The translations under genes and the position numbers were made by a program. A stretch of 64,000 bases of DNA from Chara braunii (taxonomy: Eukaryota; Plantae; Charophyceae): NCBI GenBank assembly GCA_003427395.1, contig BFEA01000001.1, forward strand, positions 5,330,203 to 5,394,202, written 5' to 3'. Below are positions 1 through 10,327 of this stretch, one piece after another. The notes beneath the pieces are model-generated. The model was not told the DNA's origin, searched no databases, and was given only the letters and a program-made list of their open reading frames with translations. The first letter of the stretch is position 1. Each line of letters opens with the position of its first letter.

Positions 1-373
1 CCATACCAGACCTGCGGCTCTCTGTCGTGAGTTGGAGACTTTCCTGCTGCAGTCACTCATGATGCACCGACGAATTTGAAGTTTCACCGAGCTCTTGACA
101 GCTTTGTCTGAGAGGAACCGTCACTCGAACACATTCCTGTTCCTGAACTCCCAGATTACGAGGAACAGACATGCTCTGGGGGTTTGGGCGACGTAGCCCC
201 AGCCCTTATCCAGTGTTAGGCCATCCGGGATGCCTCCTAATAGAATCCAACGATCATCCCATTGGAACACCGGGCCGCTGATCCGAGTCCAGTGTGTCGT
301 CCACCAGTTCCCCCCTTTTGCAGTTCCATGCCCACACCCTACTCCGATTAGGAAGTCGCGCCGGGCGTGAGGT

Positions 374-386
374 TGGTATCGGAGCC
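374..386 (+). promoter_or_regulatory. Primer binding site complementary to initiator tRNA-Met
   Basis: TGGTATCGGAGCC versus canonical plant TGGTATCAGAGCC (one change, G-U compatible); lies directly upstream of gag. Confidence 0.8.
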
Positions 387-540
387 CGACACGTGGCTAA
401 GCGATAAGGGTCTGTAGACTCAATACTGGCTAAGGCGAGGCGATCTGGCTCCACGTGGGCGCCCTCCAGCTAGTAATACGCGTCGACGTAGTCCTGTAGC
501 TACACGAAGCCGAACCTCCGGCACAAGGCGAGCAGGCGCC

Positions 541-3500
541 ATGGCTGCGGCCGTTGCGGCGGCCATCCCCAATCAACCGCCTAACCCGCCTGCCCGAACC
601 CCTGCGGCTCCACCAGATCTTTATTTATTTGACCCAGCACATCATCTCGCCGGAGCATGGTTGGCCACGCTCCGAGCTCAGCTGTATACTAACGATGAAA
701 CTCATATCAACATCCCCGCGTGGATGGGGGGAGACGCCCATCATTGGTATAACACTTATGTATGGGTGGATCTTCCCACATTCGAGCGGGATTTCATGAA
801 CCACTTCGATTATGTTCACCCCGAACAAGCACTTTATATGATCAAGGATCGAGTCCAGAAACCACTCGAATCCATTACCGAGTACCGAACAGATTTCATC
901 GAATGTTTGTAAAGACTGAGCGAGGCGAGCAGGTAGGCCGGGACCTGTTCATTGATGGATTACGTAACAGAACGATTCGGGGGAAGCTACGTAAAAACTT
1001 CTCTCCCATTAATCACACGCTGCAACAAATTATGGACGTTGCCGAAGAGATGGAGCAGAAATTCGCAGCTAGCTTCTTTGAAAATGAGGATTACGGTAGA
1101 GAAGGAGACTCTTCCGAACTTGTGAAAGCAAGGGCGGAACTGGCCGCACTACAAAACAAATTCGAAAACATGGGATTCGTAGCGGGACCCGTTACGTATG
1201 TAGAGCAGGTAACACTGAGGACCGCACCCCATGGAGCGACTGTAGCCAGGCAGATCCCGGTAATGGCGTCCCCAACCGTAACTCGGTCACCTCCACCGCC
1301 ACCCACCATCGAGTCACCCGCAAAAACGAATGAGTCTACTGCTATCTTGGAGCTAACTAAAACATTGGTTAGTTTAATCCAAGAAAGCAAGAAGGAACAG
1401 CGAGAACACAACGCCCGATTAGAAGCTATGATGCAGAATATGCGACCCATTGCGGTGCGAGCACCAATGCAGGGAGGCATGGCCGCTGCACAAGTTGCAG
1501 CAGGGCTTGCCGGGACAGCGGCAAATGCCTGTTTTACATGTCATCAACCGGGACACTTGGCCTGAGATTGCCCCTATCGTGCCATGCAGCCTCGAGCCGG
1601 GATCGCGCCTGCAGCTGCAGCTCCCATAGCTAACGGTCCAGGATGTGTAGGAGTCGTGATGGATGATCAGGGGGGAAGTACGGGAATGATGATTTCCAGT
1701 GAGGAAGCAGCTGAGCTTATCCCGCTGGAGCAGTACGTATCACTAGGATACCCGGGGCTGGGAATGATTGGGACAATTCGACCGGAACTCGAGTCCAGAG
1801 ATGTCGCCGAGTGGCGGCCTTCATCGAGCGAAATGGAGACGGGAGGCCCTACCTTTGTTACAGGAGAAACCGATGTCCTTGAGGTTACCCGAGCACTGGA
1901 TCATCGAATCCCTCTCCCAATCGGCCACCTACTCTCCATCTCGGAACAGGCGAACGAACGTATGATGCATCATTGCAAAGCGAACCGGAAGCGATTCGCC
2001 CTTGCACGCGCAAAAGATCAGAAGATGAAGGCGCCGCCTTCGGAGGAAAAGGCGGACGTCGCCCCTGATCCCATCCGAGTCGGATTAATACAGAAAGATG
2101 ACCACTTTCTTCGGATCAAGCCGATTCCATGGAAGTCAGCTGAATGTGATATTGAAGTCTGGGGAATGCCGTATAGTGCGATCATAGATTCGGGAGCGGC
2201 TGTCCTAGCGATATCACTCCGAGTAGTCGAGAGAGCGGGTAGGAAGAATGATTTGATTATGCTAACCGAGAAGGACCAGCTCGTATCGGCTGACGAGGAG
2301 AAGATCAAGACAATAGGGCGTATGACGAACGTCGCGTTCCGATTGGGAAAAGTGCATGCTTTAGGAGATGTTGTGGTGCTGGATGTGAATACATATGACG
2401 TTCTGTTCGGGCTTCCTGCATTGGTGGTGCTACGTGCTAATTTCGACTTCGAACGCCGATCCGTCATTCTCCGGAATACCGGGGGAAAGCTGTAAGTAAT
2501 ACCCATCAGACTAACTCTTCGAACGTCGGTTAAGGTAGTACCCCGAATTTCTCCGGAAACAATGGGAGCGCTCCGCATGGTCTCCTGGAATGCACCTGTG
2601 GACGGAGGCCAATCATCGAATGACGCGTGGAGCGATGACGATGACGAACCAGTCGTTACACAGTTATTACAGCAGCAGATTCACTACCCGCCGCTTCGCA
2701 CTATTGCGCGTACCATGCATCTAACCACACGGAATGCTCATATGATGATCATGGGAAAACCCGTCGTACAGATTTCGAGGCTGGTTGATTCCTTGAAACC
2801 CCCTCGGACCCTGTACGAAGGCGTATCTCCCCTTCTCCTTCAGTATAGTGACAAGCGTTCCTTTCGTGATCTCACTAGCTTACCTTGATCCCTGCTTCAG
2901 CCCGCAAAAGAAGTTCAGTTGTTACGTTTGGGAGCCGAAGCATGTTCTTTGGAACCCCCTCAGCACATCGAGGCAAGATCCGATGAATTCGGGATCAAAA
3001 TCTCGCCCAAAAACATGCCCTGGCGAGACATCTGCGACGGGATAATCCCCGAAGGTCATACAGCGATCAGGGAGGAGGAAGCACAGATGGTGGCCACTGT
3101 GTTTTCTTGGAGATCGGATCACTCTTTTATATCTGCACCGCCTGACACTACTCGGCGTATACACACGAAGCAGGTTAACGTTCGGATTTTGGATCAAATG
3201 TATGAATTGCATGTGCCCCAGTATGTACCTGATGAGATGCACCGGTTGATCGTTGATATTTTAATAGAATATCAAGGGGCGATTAGCGTGTCTGATGCCG
3301 ATATTGGATTATCTGTAGTCGTTCAGCATGAGATTCAGACCGGGAATCATTCCCCGATCCACTGCAAGCCGTACCGATACTCGTTGACAGAGCGCAAGAC
3401 GGCATTGCAGCGAATCAGGGAGTTTGAGGCAAACGGATGGATTGAGCCTGCCACCGGTCCCTGGTCGTTCCCAGTTGTGTTGGTTCCTAAAAAGAACGGG

Positions 3501-4766
3501 TCAGTCCGCATATGCATCGATTATCAAAAGTTAAATGATATCACGATTAAAAATGTGTATCCCCTTCCACGGATTGATGATCTACTTGATGTGATCGGGT
3601 GTGCTAACTACTTCAGCAAGTTCGACATTCGGCATGGGTTTCATCATATCTTGGTGAAAGAAGAAGATTGGCCCAAGACCGCCTTCGTTTTGTTTGAAGG
3701 CACGTGGCAGTGGGTTCGGTGCGCGATGGGAATCTGCAATGCGCCTGCCACGTTTCAGCGGGCGATGAACGTGACTTTTCAAAATTTCGTCAATAAGACG
3801 CGGCTGACTCAGGGGATAATTAACTTTTGTGTCATTGTGTACATGGATGACATTCTGGTGTACTCGGACACGTTTCACGGACACGCGCAACACATCGAGT
3901 GGACGTTGGGTGCGTTGAGAGACGCAGGTTTCAAGATTAAGCTGGAGAAGAGCGAGTTTTTCCTCCCGGAAATCTCGTTCTTGGGGTATGTGGTGACACG
4001 TGGAGGCCTGCGGCCGAACTCTCGAAAAGTCGCGGCGATCAAAGAGGCCCCGGTTCCGACCTTACTGACGCAGGTTCGAGCCTTTTTGGGCCTGGCCTCG
4101 TATTACCGGCGGTTCATCAAGGGGTTCGCGGCTATAGCAAGGCCTCTGACAAACCTGCTGCGAAAAGAACAGCCCCTTCATTGGGATGACGAGTGCGACA
4201 CGGCCTTCGGGGCCCTAAAGGATGCTCTCGTCACGGCCCCGATTCTGATCCGGCAGGACCCCTCTCGGCAGTTTATTCTCATTACCGACTGGCAGCCGGA
4301 GGCTATTTCGGCCATCCTGGCGCAGAAGGGAAACGATGGGAAGGAGCATGTCATTGAATACGCTTCTCGGACGGTGCCAGACGAGCGACGAAACGATTCT
4401 GCGCCACAAGGAAAATGCTATGCGGTAGTGTGGGGTATCCAACACTTCCATCCGTATTTGTACAGTCAGAAGTTTCTGCTCATCACCGACCATGAACCTC
4501 TGTTGGCTCTGAAAAAGCTAACCAACTACACGGGCATGATCGGACGATGGGCGGTGCGGTTGCAAGAATATGAATTTGACATTGTTCATCGAAAAACAGA
4601 AAGACACGGCAACGCCGACGGACTGACACGTTTGCACCAACCCGGTAAAGTACCAAAAGCGGAAGAGATCACACCGTGGAAGGACCCGGACATCAACAAC
4701 AGTCCAAAGTACGGAGAAGTTGCGGTTATTCCACGTGGCAAGAAGCCGGTGAAGGGCAATGGGTGA
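541..4766 (+). pseudogene. gag-protease-RT-RNaseH polyprotein, disrupted
   Basis: Gag with zinc knuckle CFTCHQPGHLA*DC; protease AIIDSGA; RT motifs PWSFPVVLVPKK, YFSKFDIRHGFH, VYMDDILV; RNase H ITDWQ, TDH, NADGL. ORFs 762, 1584, 2562 and 2919 share one frame broken by stops at 1563, 2493 and 2886; a further stop/frameshift lies near 910. Confidence 0.92.
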
Positions 4767-6471
4767 CGGAGGTAATGTCCCGATTCCCTCTCTTTCTTCC
4801 CCATCCTCTTCTTTCGCCTCCCTTCCTGACAAATTTTGCTATTTCTGCGAGGCAATTTCTCGAGTCTATTCCGTCCACATGTGTCCAAAACGAACGGGAT
4901 ATGTTGAATGGGTAGACTGTCGGAAATGTGTCGCACGTGCTCACGGTGCGTGCATACAGTATCGGAGTAGTGATAGACCCTGGTTATGTCCCTTATGTCG
5001 CACTAACAAGATTCCGACGGAAACCCGATTCCTCGATGCCACGTCGGAAGGCCCCCACAAAATCCAGAAGTTTAGAAGGGCGGAAGTCTGGACAGATGTC
5101 GCCTTAATAGCCACGGTGGTAGGCAACTCCCTCGAAACCTTCTCCAAGGAGGATCGGAGGAGGGCCAATGAAAGAGCACGGGATTACCGATGGGTGGATG
5201 GACGGTTAGAGAAGCGTAAAACGGACGGCAGAGGAGCATGGTTAGTAGTTCCGCACCCGTTCATGCGGGACGACTGGGTACGAACCGCCCACAAAAAAAC
5301 GGCGATGCATTTTGTCGTGCGTATTACCGAAGTTGCGATTGACAGAAATCAATGGTACTGGTCCAATATCCGGGACTACGTTAAATTCATCGTCCAACAC
5401 TGCCAGGTTTGCGCTGCTGACAAGGCCCCAACCCAACCGCCTAGGTCGATAGTCCCAATAGTGGTTGAAAGGCCGTTTCAGAGGGTTAGTATGGATACTA
5501 CTGATATAGTGGTGCCCCCCAGACCGAATAGTTGCAACTATTCAATTCTGATGGTTTTCGTCGACCACTTTTCTAAGTGGATCGAGGCCTACCCCTGCAA
5601 GACACGACAAGCCGCGGAAATTGCGCGGTACGTCAACCGGTTTCTGGGCATGCACCAGGACACAGAGGAGATCCTGACCGACAATGGGGTCGAATTTAGA
5701 GGAGGAGTCGAGAGGAACCTGGTCATACACGACGTCTCCATACGGCACACGGCCCCGCACATGTCCCAGTCTAACGGATTAGTGGAAAACGCGAATAGGG
5801 TGATAAAAACGGCCTTACGGCGGAATATTGCGGCACGAGACCCTCGACCCTGGCCTGATATTGTCAACCACATCTTGGCGGTCCATCGCGGAACGCCCCA
5901 CGAATCGACGGGCCTAAGCCCCTTCCAGCTGCGGACCAATAATGCTGCGTGTGTATCGATACCGAGCCTCCTAGACGAATCAGGACTCAACCGACGCCCC
6001 ACAAGGGCCACCGCTCGGGACAAAGCCAAAAGGCACCTGGAACTCATGGAGCGGTCCCGACCTAGATTGGCCCGAAAGCGCCAACGGTCCACCGAATTGG
6101 CCCATGGCCGACAGGTCCGGAGCTACGAGGCCCGGAACGGGAATGCGGGTCCCAGGACCCAGTATAAGTTAGGGGACATCGTGCAGGTTAGGAAATGTGC
6201 ACGCCAGGGTAAACTAGCGCCACGATTCTTCGGAAAGTATCGAGTGATTGAACTCGGACCCAACGGCGTGGACACCGTGCGCCTCGCTCCCGAGATTTCC
6301 GGCAGTCAATCGGCTCGCCCGATCACACGCCACGTGTCCTATCTCCGTCTTCTTCCCTCCGTTCCGTCTCCTTCTCCATCAACCTCTCCCAACGACGACT
6401 CTATCTCCTCTGCATCTCCTTCTCCTTCTCAATCTCTGTCGAATACGCCGTCACCCTCGCCATCGCGATGA
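4759..6471 (+). CDS. PHD finger-integrase (HHCC zinc domain, DDE core, GPY/F-like motif, Ser/Pro tail)
   Basis: C4HC3 pattern CYFC..WVDCRKC..HGAC..WLCPLC (4837-4998); H-x6-H..CQVC; SMD, TDNG, GLVENANR catalytic motifs; KLAPRFFGKY. Confidence 0.9.
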   Translation: MGDGGNVPIPSLSSPSSSFASLPDKFCYFCEAISRVYSVHMCPKRTGYVEWVDCRKCVARAHGACIQYRSSDRPWLCPLCRTNKIPTETRFLDATSEGPHKIQKFRRAEVWTDVALIATVVGNSLETFSKEDRRRANERARDYRWVDGRLEKRKTDGRGAWLVVPHPFMRDDWVRTAHKKTAMHFVVRITEVAIDRNQWYWSNIRDYVKFIVQHCQVCAADKAPTQPPRSIVPIVVERPFQRVSMDTTDIVVPPRPNSCNYSILMVFVDHFSKWIEAYPCKTRQAAEIARYVNRFLGMHQDTEEILTDNGVEFRGGVERNLVIHDVSIRHTAPHMSQSNGLVENANRVIKTALRRNIAARDPRPWPDIVNHILAVHRGTPHESTGLSPFQLRTNNAACVSIPSLLDESGLNRRPTRATARDKAKRHLELMERSRPRLARKRQRSTELAHGRQVRSYEARNGNAGPRTQYKLGDIVQVRKCARQGKLAPRFFGKYRVIELGPNGVDTVRLAPEISGSQSARPITRHVSYLRLLPSVPSPSPSTSPNDDSISSASPSPSQSLSNTPSPSPSR

Positions 6472-6944
6472 GCTTTATGGAGGAGAGAGCTCTAAGTGAA
6501 GAAGCACTGGTAGCACGGGGGAATTTGACACTGCGGCAGGTGCATCATCCTCGTCTTAGTCCGGACCTTCATCGGGTCACACAATTCTTCTGCTCGAAGG
6601 GCGTCTACGCGGCAGCAGAGATCCACGTCAACGGAAGGGCTGACGCGATCATATTGGCCGAAGCTGTCGGGTTGCGACAGCAAACATCTGTGGACGTCGG
6701 CCGGATAATGGTGGTGGTTAATTTCAGTGGGGATCTCGCGGTGATTCCCCCCATCCGACACACGAGAATCAAGGCGACGTTGCTTCTGTGGGCGCACAAT
6801 CTTCAGAACGAGTGGACCCTGATCCTGGCGCACCAAGGGGAAGTGATCGCACCAATCCGAGCGATCGAATACAACGGCCTTCGGCTGGATCGGCGTGACT
6901 CGCCGACGCAATTACCCCCTCTCATCCCCTTCCATCCCCGATGA
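6468..6944 (+). CDS. Retrotransposon extra ORF A, unknown function (158 aa)
   Basis: Open ATG ORF whose start overlaps the integrase stop (ATGA); globular-looking composition. Confidence 0.6.
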   Translation: MSFMEERALSEEALVARGNLTLRQVHHPRLSPDLHRVTQFFCSKGVYAAAEIHVNGRADAIILAEAVGLRQQTSVDVGRIMVVVNFSGDLAVIPPIRHTRIKATLLLWAHNLQNEWTLILAHQGEVIAPIRAIEYNGLRLDRRDSPTQLPPLIPFHPR

Positions 6945-7978
6945 GTTCCTTCCCGATCTCTACTTTCGAGCTTCCTTCTTCTTTCCCCACCTTTTGGCCG
7001 TCTGATCTTCATCCCCGCCTCTCCTTTTGCATAGATCCTCTGGTTGTTCCCCTCCTCGATCCCTCTCAGTGGGATGCGTGGTGCAGAGACTTCATTGAAC
7101 TCTCACTGTGTCTGGCGGAAGTACGGGTGACCTGGACGAGGGACGAGAGCAATTATCCACGGTCTGAGCGATTGGAGCTCCTTCTGATTCAGGCGTGGCG
7201 GACGGAAGTAGGGGGGGACCTTCTCGGTTTTCTATTCAGGGCAGTGCGTCCAGGCTGTCGGAGGCTTCTCACCCAAGAGCTTACGGTTCCAATTGCGCAG
7301 CTGGCCGACCATCTTGACGTCAGCATTGTCTCTCAGGTCGACCCGCGCTTGGTGCCCCACGTCACCTCGCGCACGCTGTCGCCGTATCTTCAATGGTCAG
7401 CTTGCGTGGAGGGCTTCCCATCGAGAATTCCGCCTTCACAGTTGGAATACTTGGATCCGCGCGACATCGTGGATTCCGCTTTCCACAGACCGTCGTGCGA
7501 AGACGAATTGGAGGAGATAATCCGCAAGGAGCTCGCGGAAGAAAGTTCGGAGGAAAAGGAGGAGAATCTGAACGAAGACGAAGGGGAGCCAGCACAGCGA
7601 CGAGAAGGAGACGAAGACGAGCTCCTGCAAACGGAGAGCGAAGAGGAAGCAGAAGAAGAAGACAGCGAGCAAGGGAGCGGTGACGACAACGACGAGGAGC
7701 ACGCCAACGAGGATCCCCAGCTAGAGATTGCGCCGGTTGCTGATCTTCCGATCAGCAACGATCCAACGCTCGACCCGGAGCCACCTCAGCCACACGACGG
7801 CCATGTGGCCCAGATGGCTGGGTCGTCCGCTCGCCGGCCTCCTTCCCCACCGCGACGCCGACGACGAAGCCGCTCCCCCTCCGCCTCCCTCTCCCTCGCG
7901 GCCCGTCCCCCACTTCGAACACGTCGAGATGAGGCCGATCGGTCTTCGTCCTCGGGCTCTCTCTCTCCGCCCCCATGA
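6941..7978 (+). CDS. Retrotransposon extra ORF B (345 aa) with acidic tract and Arg/Ser-rich tail
   Basis: ATGA overlap with ORF A stop; 1 kb open frame; E/D-rich block followed by PPRRRRRSRSPS. Confidence 0.65.
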   Translation: MSSFPISTFELPSSFPTFWPSDLHPRLSFCIDPLVVPLLDPSQWDAWCRDFIELSLCLAEVRVTWTRDESNYPRSERLELLLIQAWRTEVGGDLLGFLFRAVRPGCRRLLTQELTVPIAQLADHLDVSIVSQVDPRLVPHVTSRTLSPYLQWSACVEGFPSRIPPSQLEYLDPRDIVDSAFHRPSCEDELEEIIRKELAEESSEEKEENLNEDEGEPAQRREGDEDELLQTESEEEAEEEDSEQGSGDDNDEEHANEDPQLEIAPVADLPISNDPTLDPEPPQPHDGHVAQMAGSSARRPPSPPRRRRRSRSPSASLSLAARPPLRTRRDEADRSSSSGSLSPPP

Positions 7979-8453
7979 CTTCCTCAGCCTGCGCCAGCTC
8001 ACCCGTCCCGCCGTCTTCCCCCACAACCCCTTCCCCCGTGACACTTTCCGTCATTACTACTCCATCCGCCTCTCTGTCACAGTCCATCCCCACTCATCCT
8101 CCCGGCGTGCTTCCCCCGAGTTCCCTCTCCATGTACTTCTCTTCAGCGTTGGATGGTGTCGTATCAACGCCGTAGAGGTTTATTGCCTCATCACGGGGTT
8201 AATCCCCGCATGCGCCGACCGCGATCGCTTTCGCGCGGCGCTTCTTAGAACCTTCACCACTCTTTATCCCGACTACCTCGCTTCTCTCCCCACTACTGGC
8301 CGCCGATTCCCCCGCTTCCATAGAATCGTCCATCATCAGAGCCTTCCGGAAACGGACGATGAGCTGGAACGCTTCTTTCCGCCTATCCCGACTCATCCCC
8401 CATCAACACCTCTGTCTGCCTATCGACTTCCTTTTCCTCTTCCCCACGAGTGA
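7929..8453 (+). CDS. Retrotransposon extra ORF C (about 174 aa), unknown function
   Basis: ATG at 7929 in the 7728-8453 frame, overlapping the end of ORF B; non-repetitive protein-like sequence. Confidence 0.5.
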   Translation: MRPIGLRPRALSLRPHDFLSLRQLTRPAVFPHNPFPRDTFRHYYSIRLSVTVHPHSSSRRASPEFPLHVLLFSVGWCRINAVEVYCLITGLIPACADRDRFRAALLRTFTTLYPDYLASLPTTGRRFPRFHRIVHHQSLPETDDELERFFPPIPTHPPSTPLSAYRLPFPLPHE

Positions 8454-9400
8454 CGACAACCAGGATATGACTGTCGCGCAGCATGACGTCCACACTCGTT
8501 CGCACGGTATGCGGCAGAAAAGGAGATCAACCATCCACGGCCAATCAATCAAAGATGAGCGACACGTCAGCTAGCAAGCAGGAGCTTGCTTATCTTTGGA
8601 ACCCCCTAGGCGTCACATATGTGACGAACTAGCTTCTGTAATGCGCGACTTTCGGCGCGAAGTGCTAAGCGGGGTCCCACGTCGATTGGACGGGTTGATG
8701 GAAAATTGCATGTGTGTCCTTGCTTTCTTCGTTGTTTCTTCGTTCGCGCACGAGCCCTTGATGACAGTTGGGGACAATTCGGGAATACCAGGGGAAAAAG
8801 GGGCAAAACTTGGTCGGATGTGGAGTGCGCGCCGAGTGCGCGATTAATAAACGTTGACGTCTCTTCTTTTCTTTCGTTTCCCTTCTTTTAATTTTGTTTT
8901 GTCGGACTTTTGGGGCGCGCAGACATCACGCGGGAATTTCGATGTCTCTTTTTGAATTTCTTTCTTGAATTTTCTTTTCGAATCTTGGTCGGAGCCATAC
9001 GGCCTTCGAAATTTTGATTTTCTTTTCGGACCTTTTCGGCAGGCTAGCTAGGAATTTTGGAATTTTGGAATTTTTGTGTTTCTGGGGCGCTGCTTTGCAT
9101 GCTCGCGCGCTCTTTCCTGCTGCTGCGCCGGAACCTTGATTAATTGGCGCCTTAATCCTTTTTGCAACTGTAATTTTTTGCGCACACTTTTGTAACTGTA
9201 CCCTTCTGTTTCTTGCTTCTTCTTCTTCTCGCCTCGTTTCTTCCTCTCCCCCCTCCCCCTGCCTACATTGAGTAGCCGCGTTTGCATGTCCGAATCGATG
9301 CGTGGAGTGGGTACGTCCTCCACGCCGCAGCCCGACCATGCAAACGCAGGCACTCCCTTTCCCCCATCTATCTACGTCCTTGTAATTCCGTGTTCTTCGC

Positions 9401-9421
9401 GCATGCATGCACGCTATAAAT
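9401..9421 (+). promoter_or_regulatory. Putative LTR promoter: RY-like GCATGCATGC plus TATA box
   Basis: GCATGCATGCacgcTATAAAT; same arrangement at 14790-14806 in the diverged homologous LTR. Confidence 0.55.
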
Positions 9422-10327
9422 CCCGGCTGCGCGATTAACGTGCTCTCTTAACAGTTGCTGGAAGCTCGGGGTTGCCCGATCGAGAGGGTCGGCACACGAG
9501 CGAAGTAAGAGGNGAGTNNAGTGGGAGTCGGGCGACCCGACGAGCTGGTGCCGAATGCGCGGGGTTNACGCNGGCCACGACGGACTNTGGGCGCGGAGCG
9601 AACCTGACGGGCGCAGGAGGACTAAGCGGGGTGACGGCTTCGTGTGTTGGTGCTCGACGACGGACTGTCGGCATCGGAGAGAGAGAGAGAGAGGAGAGAG
9701 AGAGTTGAGATTGAGGATGGGCATGGATTTGCGCTTTTCTTTTCGTTCCCTTTTTTATCTGTGTATATAAATTTTGGTGTTAATTACGGGCAATTCGCCC
9801 TTGTCTTTGCGGCCATATGCTCGTCCTGTTGTCCAATTTGGTTCTTTTTTTCCTTTTTTTTATCGATGATTTCTCCTTTTTCTTTCCTTCCCCGGAATCC
9901 TCTTTTGCAAATAATGTATGGATGGTTCGTGCACCCTCGCCTTTCGTTTTTGATCATTTCCTTCGAACCCTCGTACATGATGAGTGAAAATGGGGATTGC
10001 ATGTTGGCGTGATCAATAGAGTGTGTTGGCTTGTTGTATCTTACGGATAGTCTGGAGCGCACCATCCGACGTGCCATAGGGACACATGCAAGTCCGATCC
10101 GGACGGAGCGCGGCTTACACGTGCCCCTACCACTCGGACTCGCCAATCACGTCTTAACTAATGCGCGTAGCCAGCCCCTCACTGAAGTAGGAGTCCACGT
10201 CAATCGGGATCGGGTTACCCATCACGAGTAAGTGCGCGTAAGTGCGACTTGTTCGCATCTCTCTTACGCACTTTCGAGCGGTGATCTCCTCGATTAACTT
10301 ATCCCCCAAGACGTGAGTGATGAAAGA

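Noticed and set aside
7975-8175. 66-aa ORF from the third ATGA overlap as a definite gene
   Set aside because: Ser/Pro-rich shadow of the longer 7929-8453 frame; cannot decide without other copies
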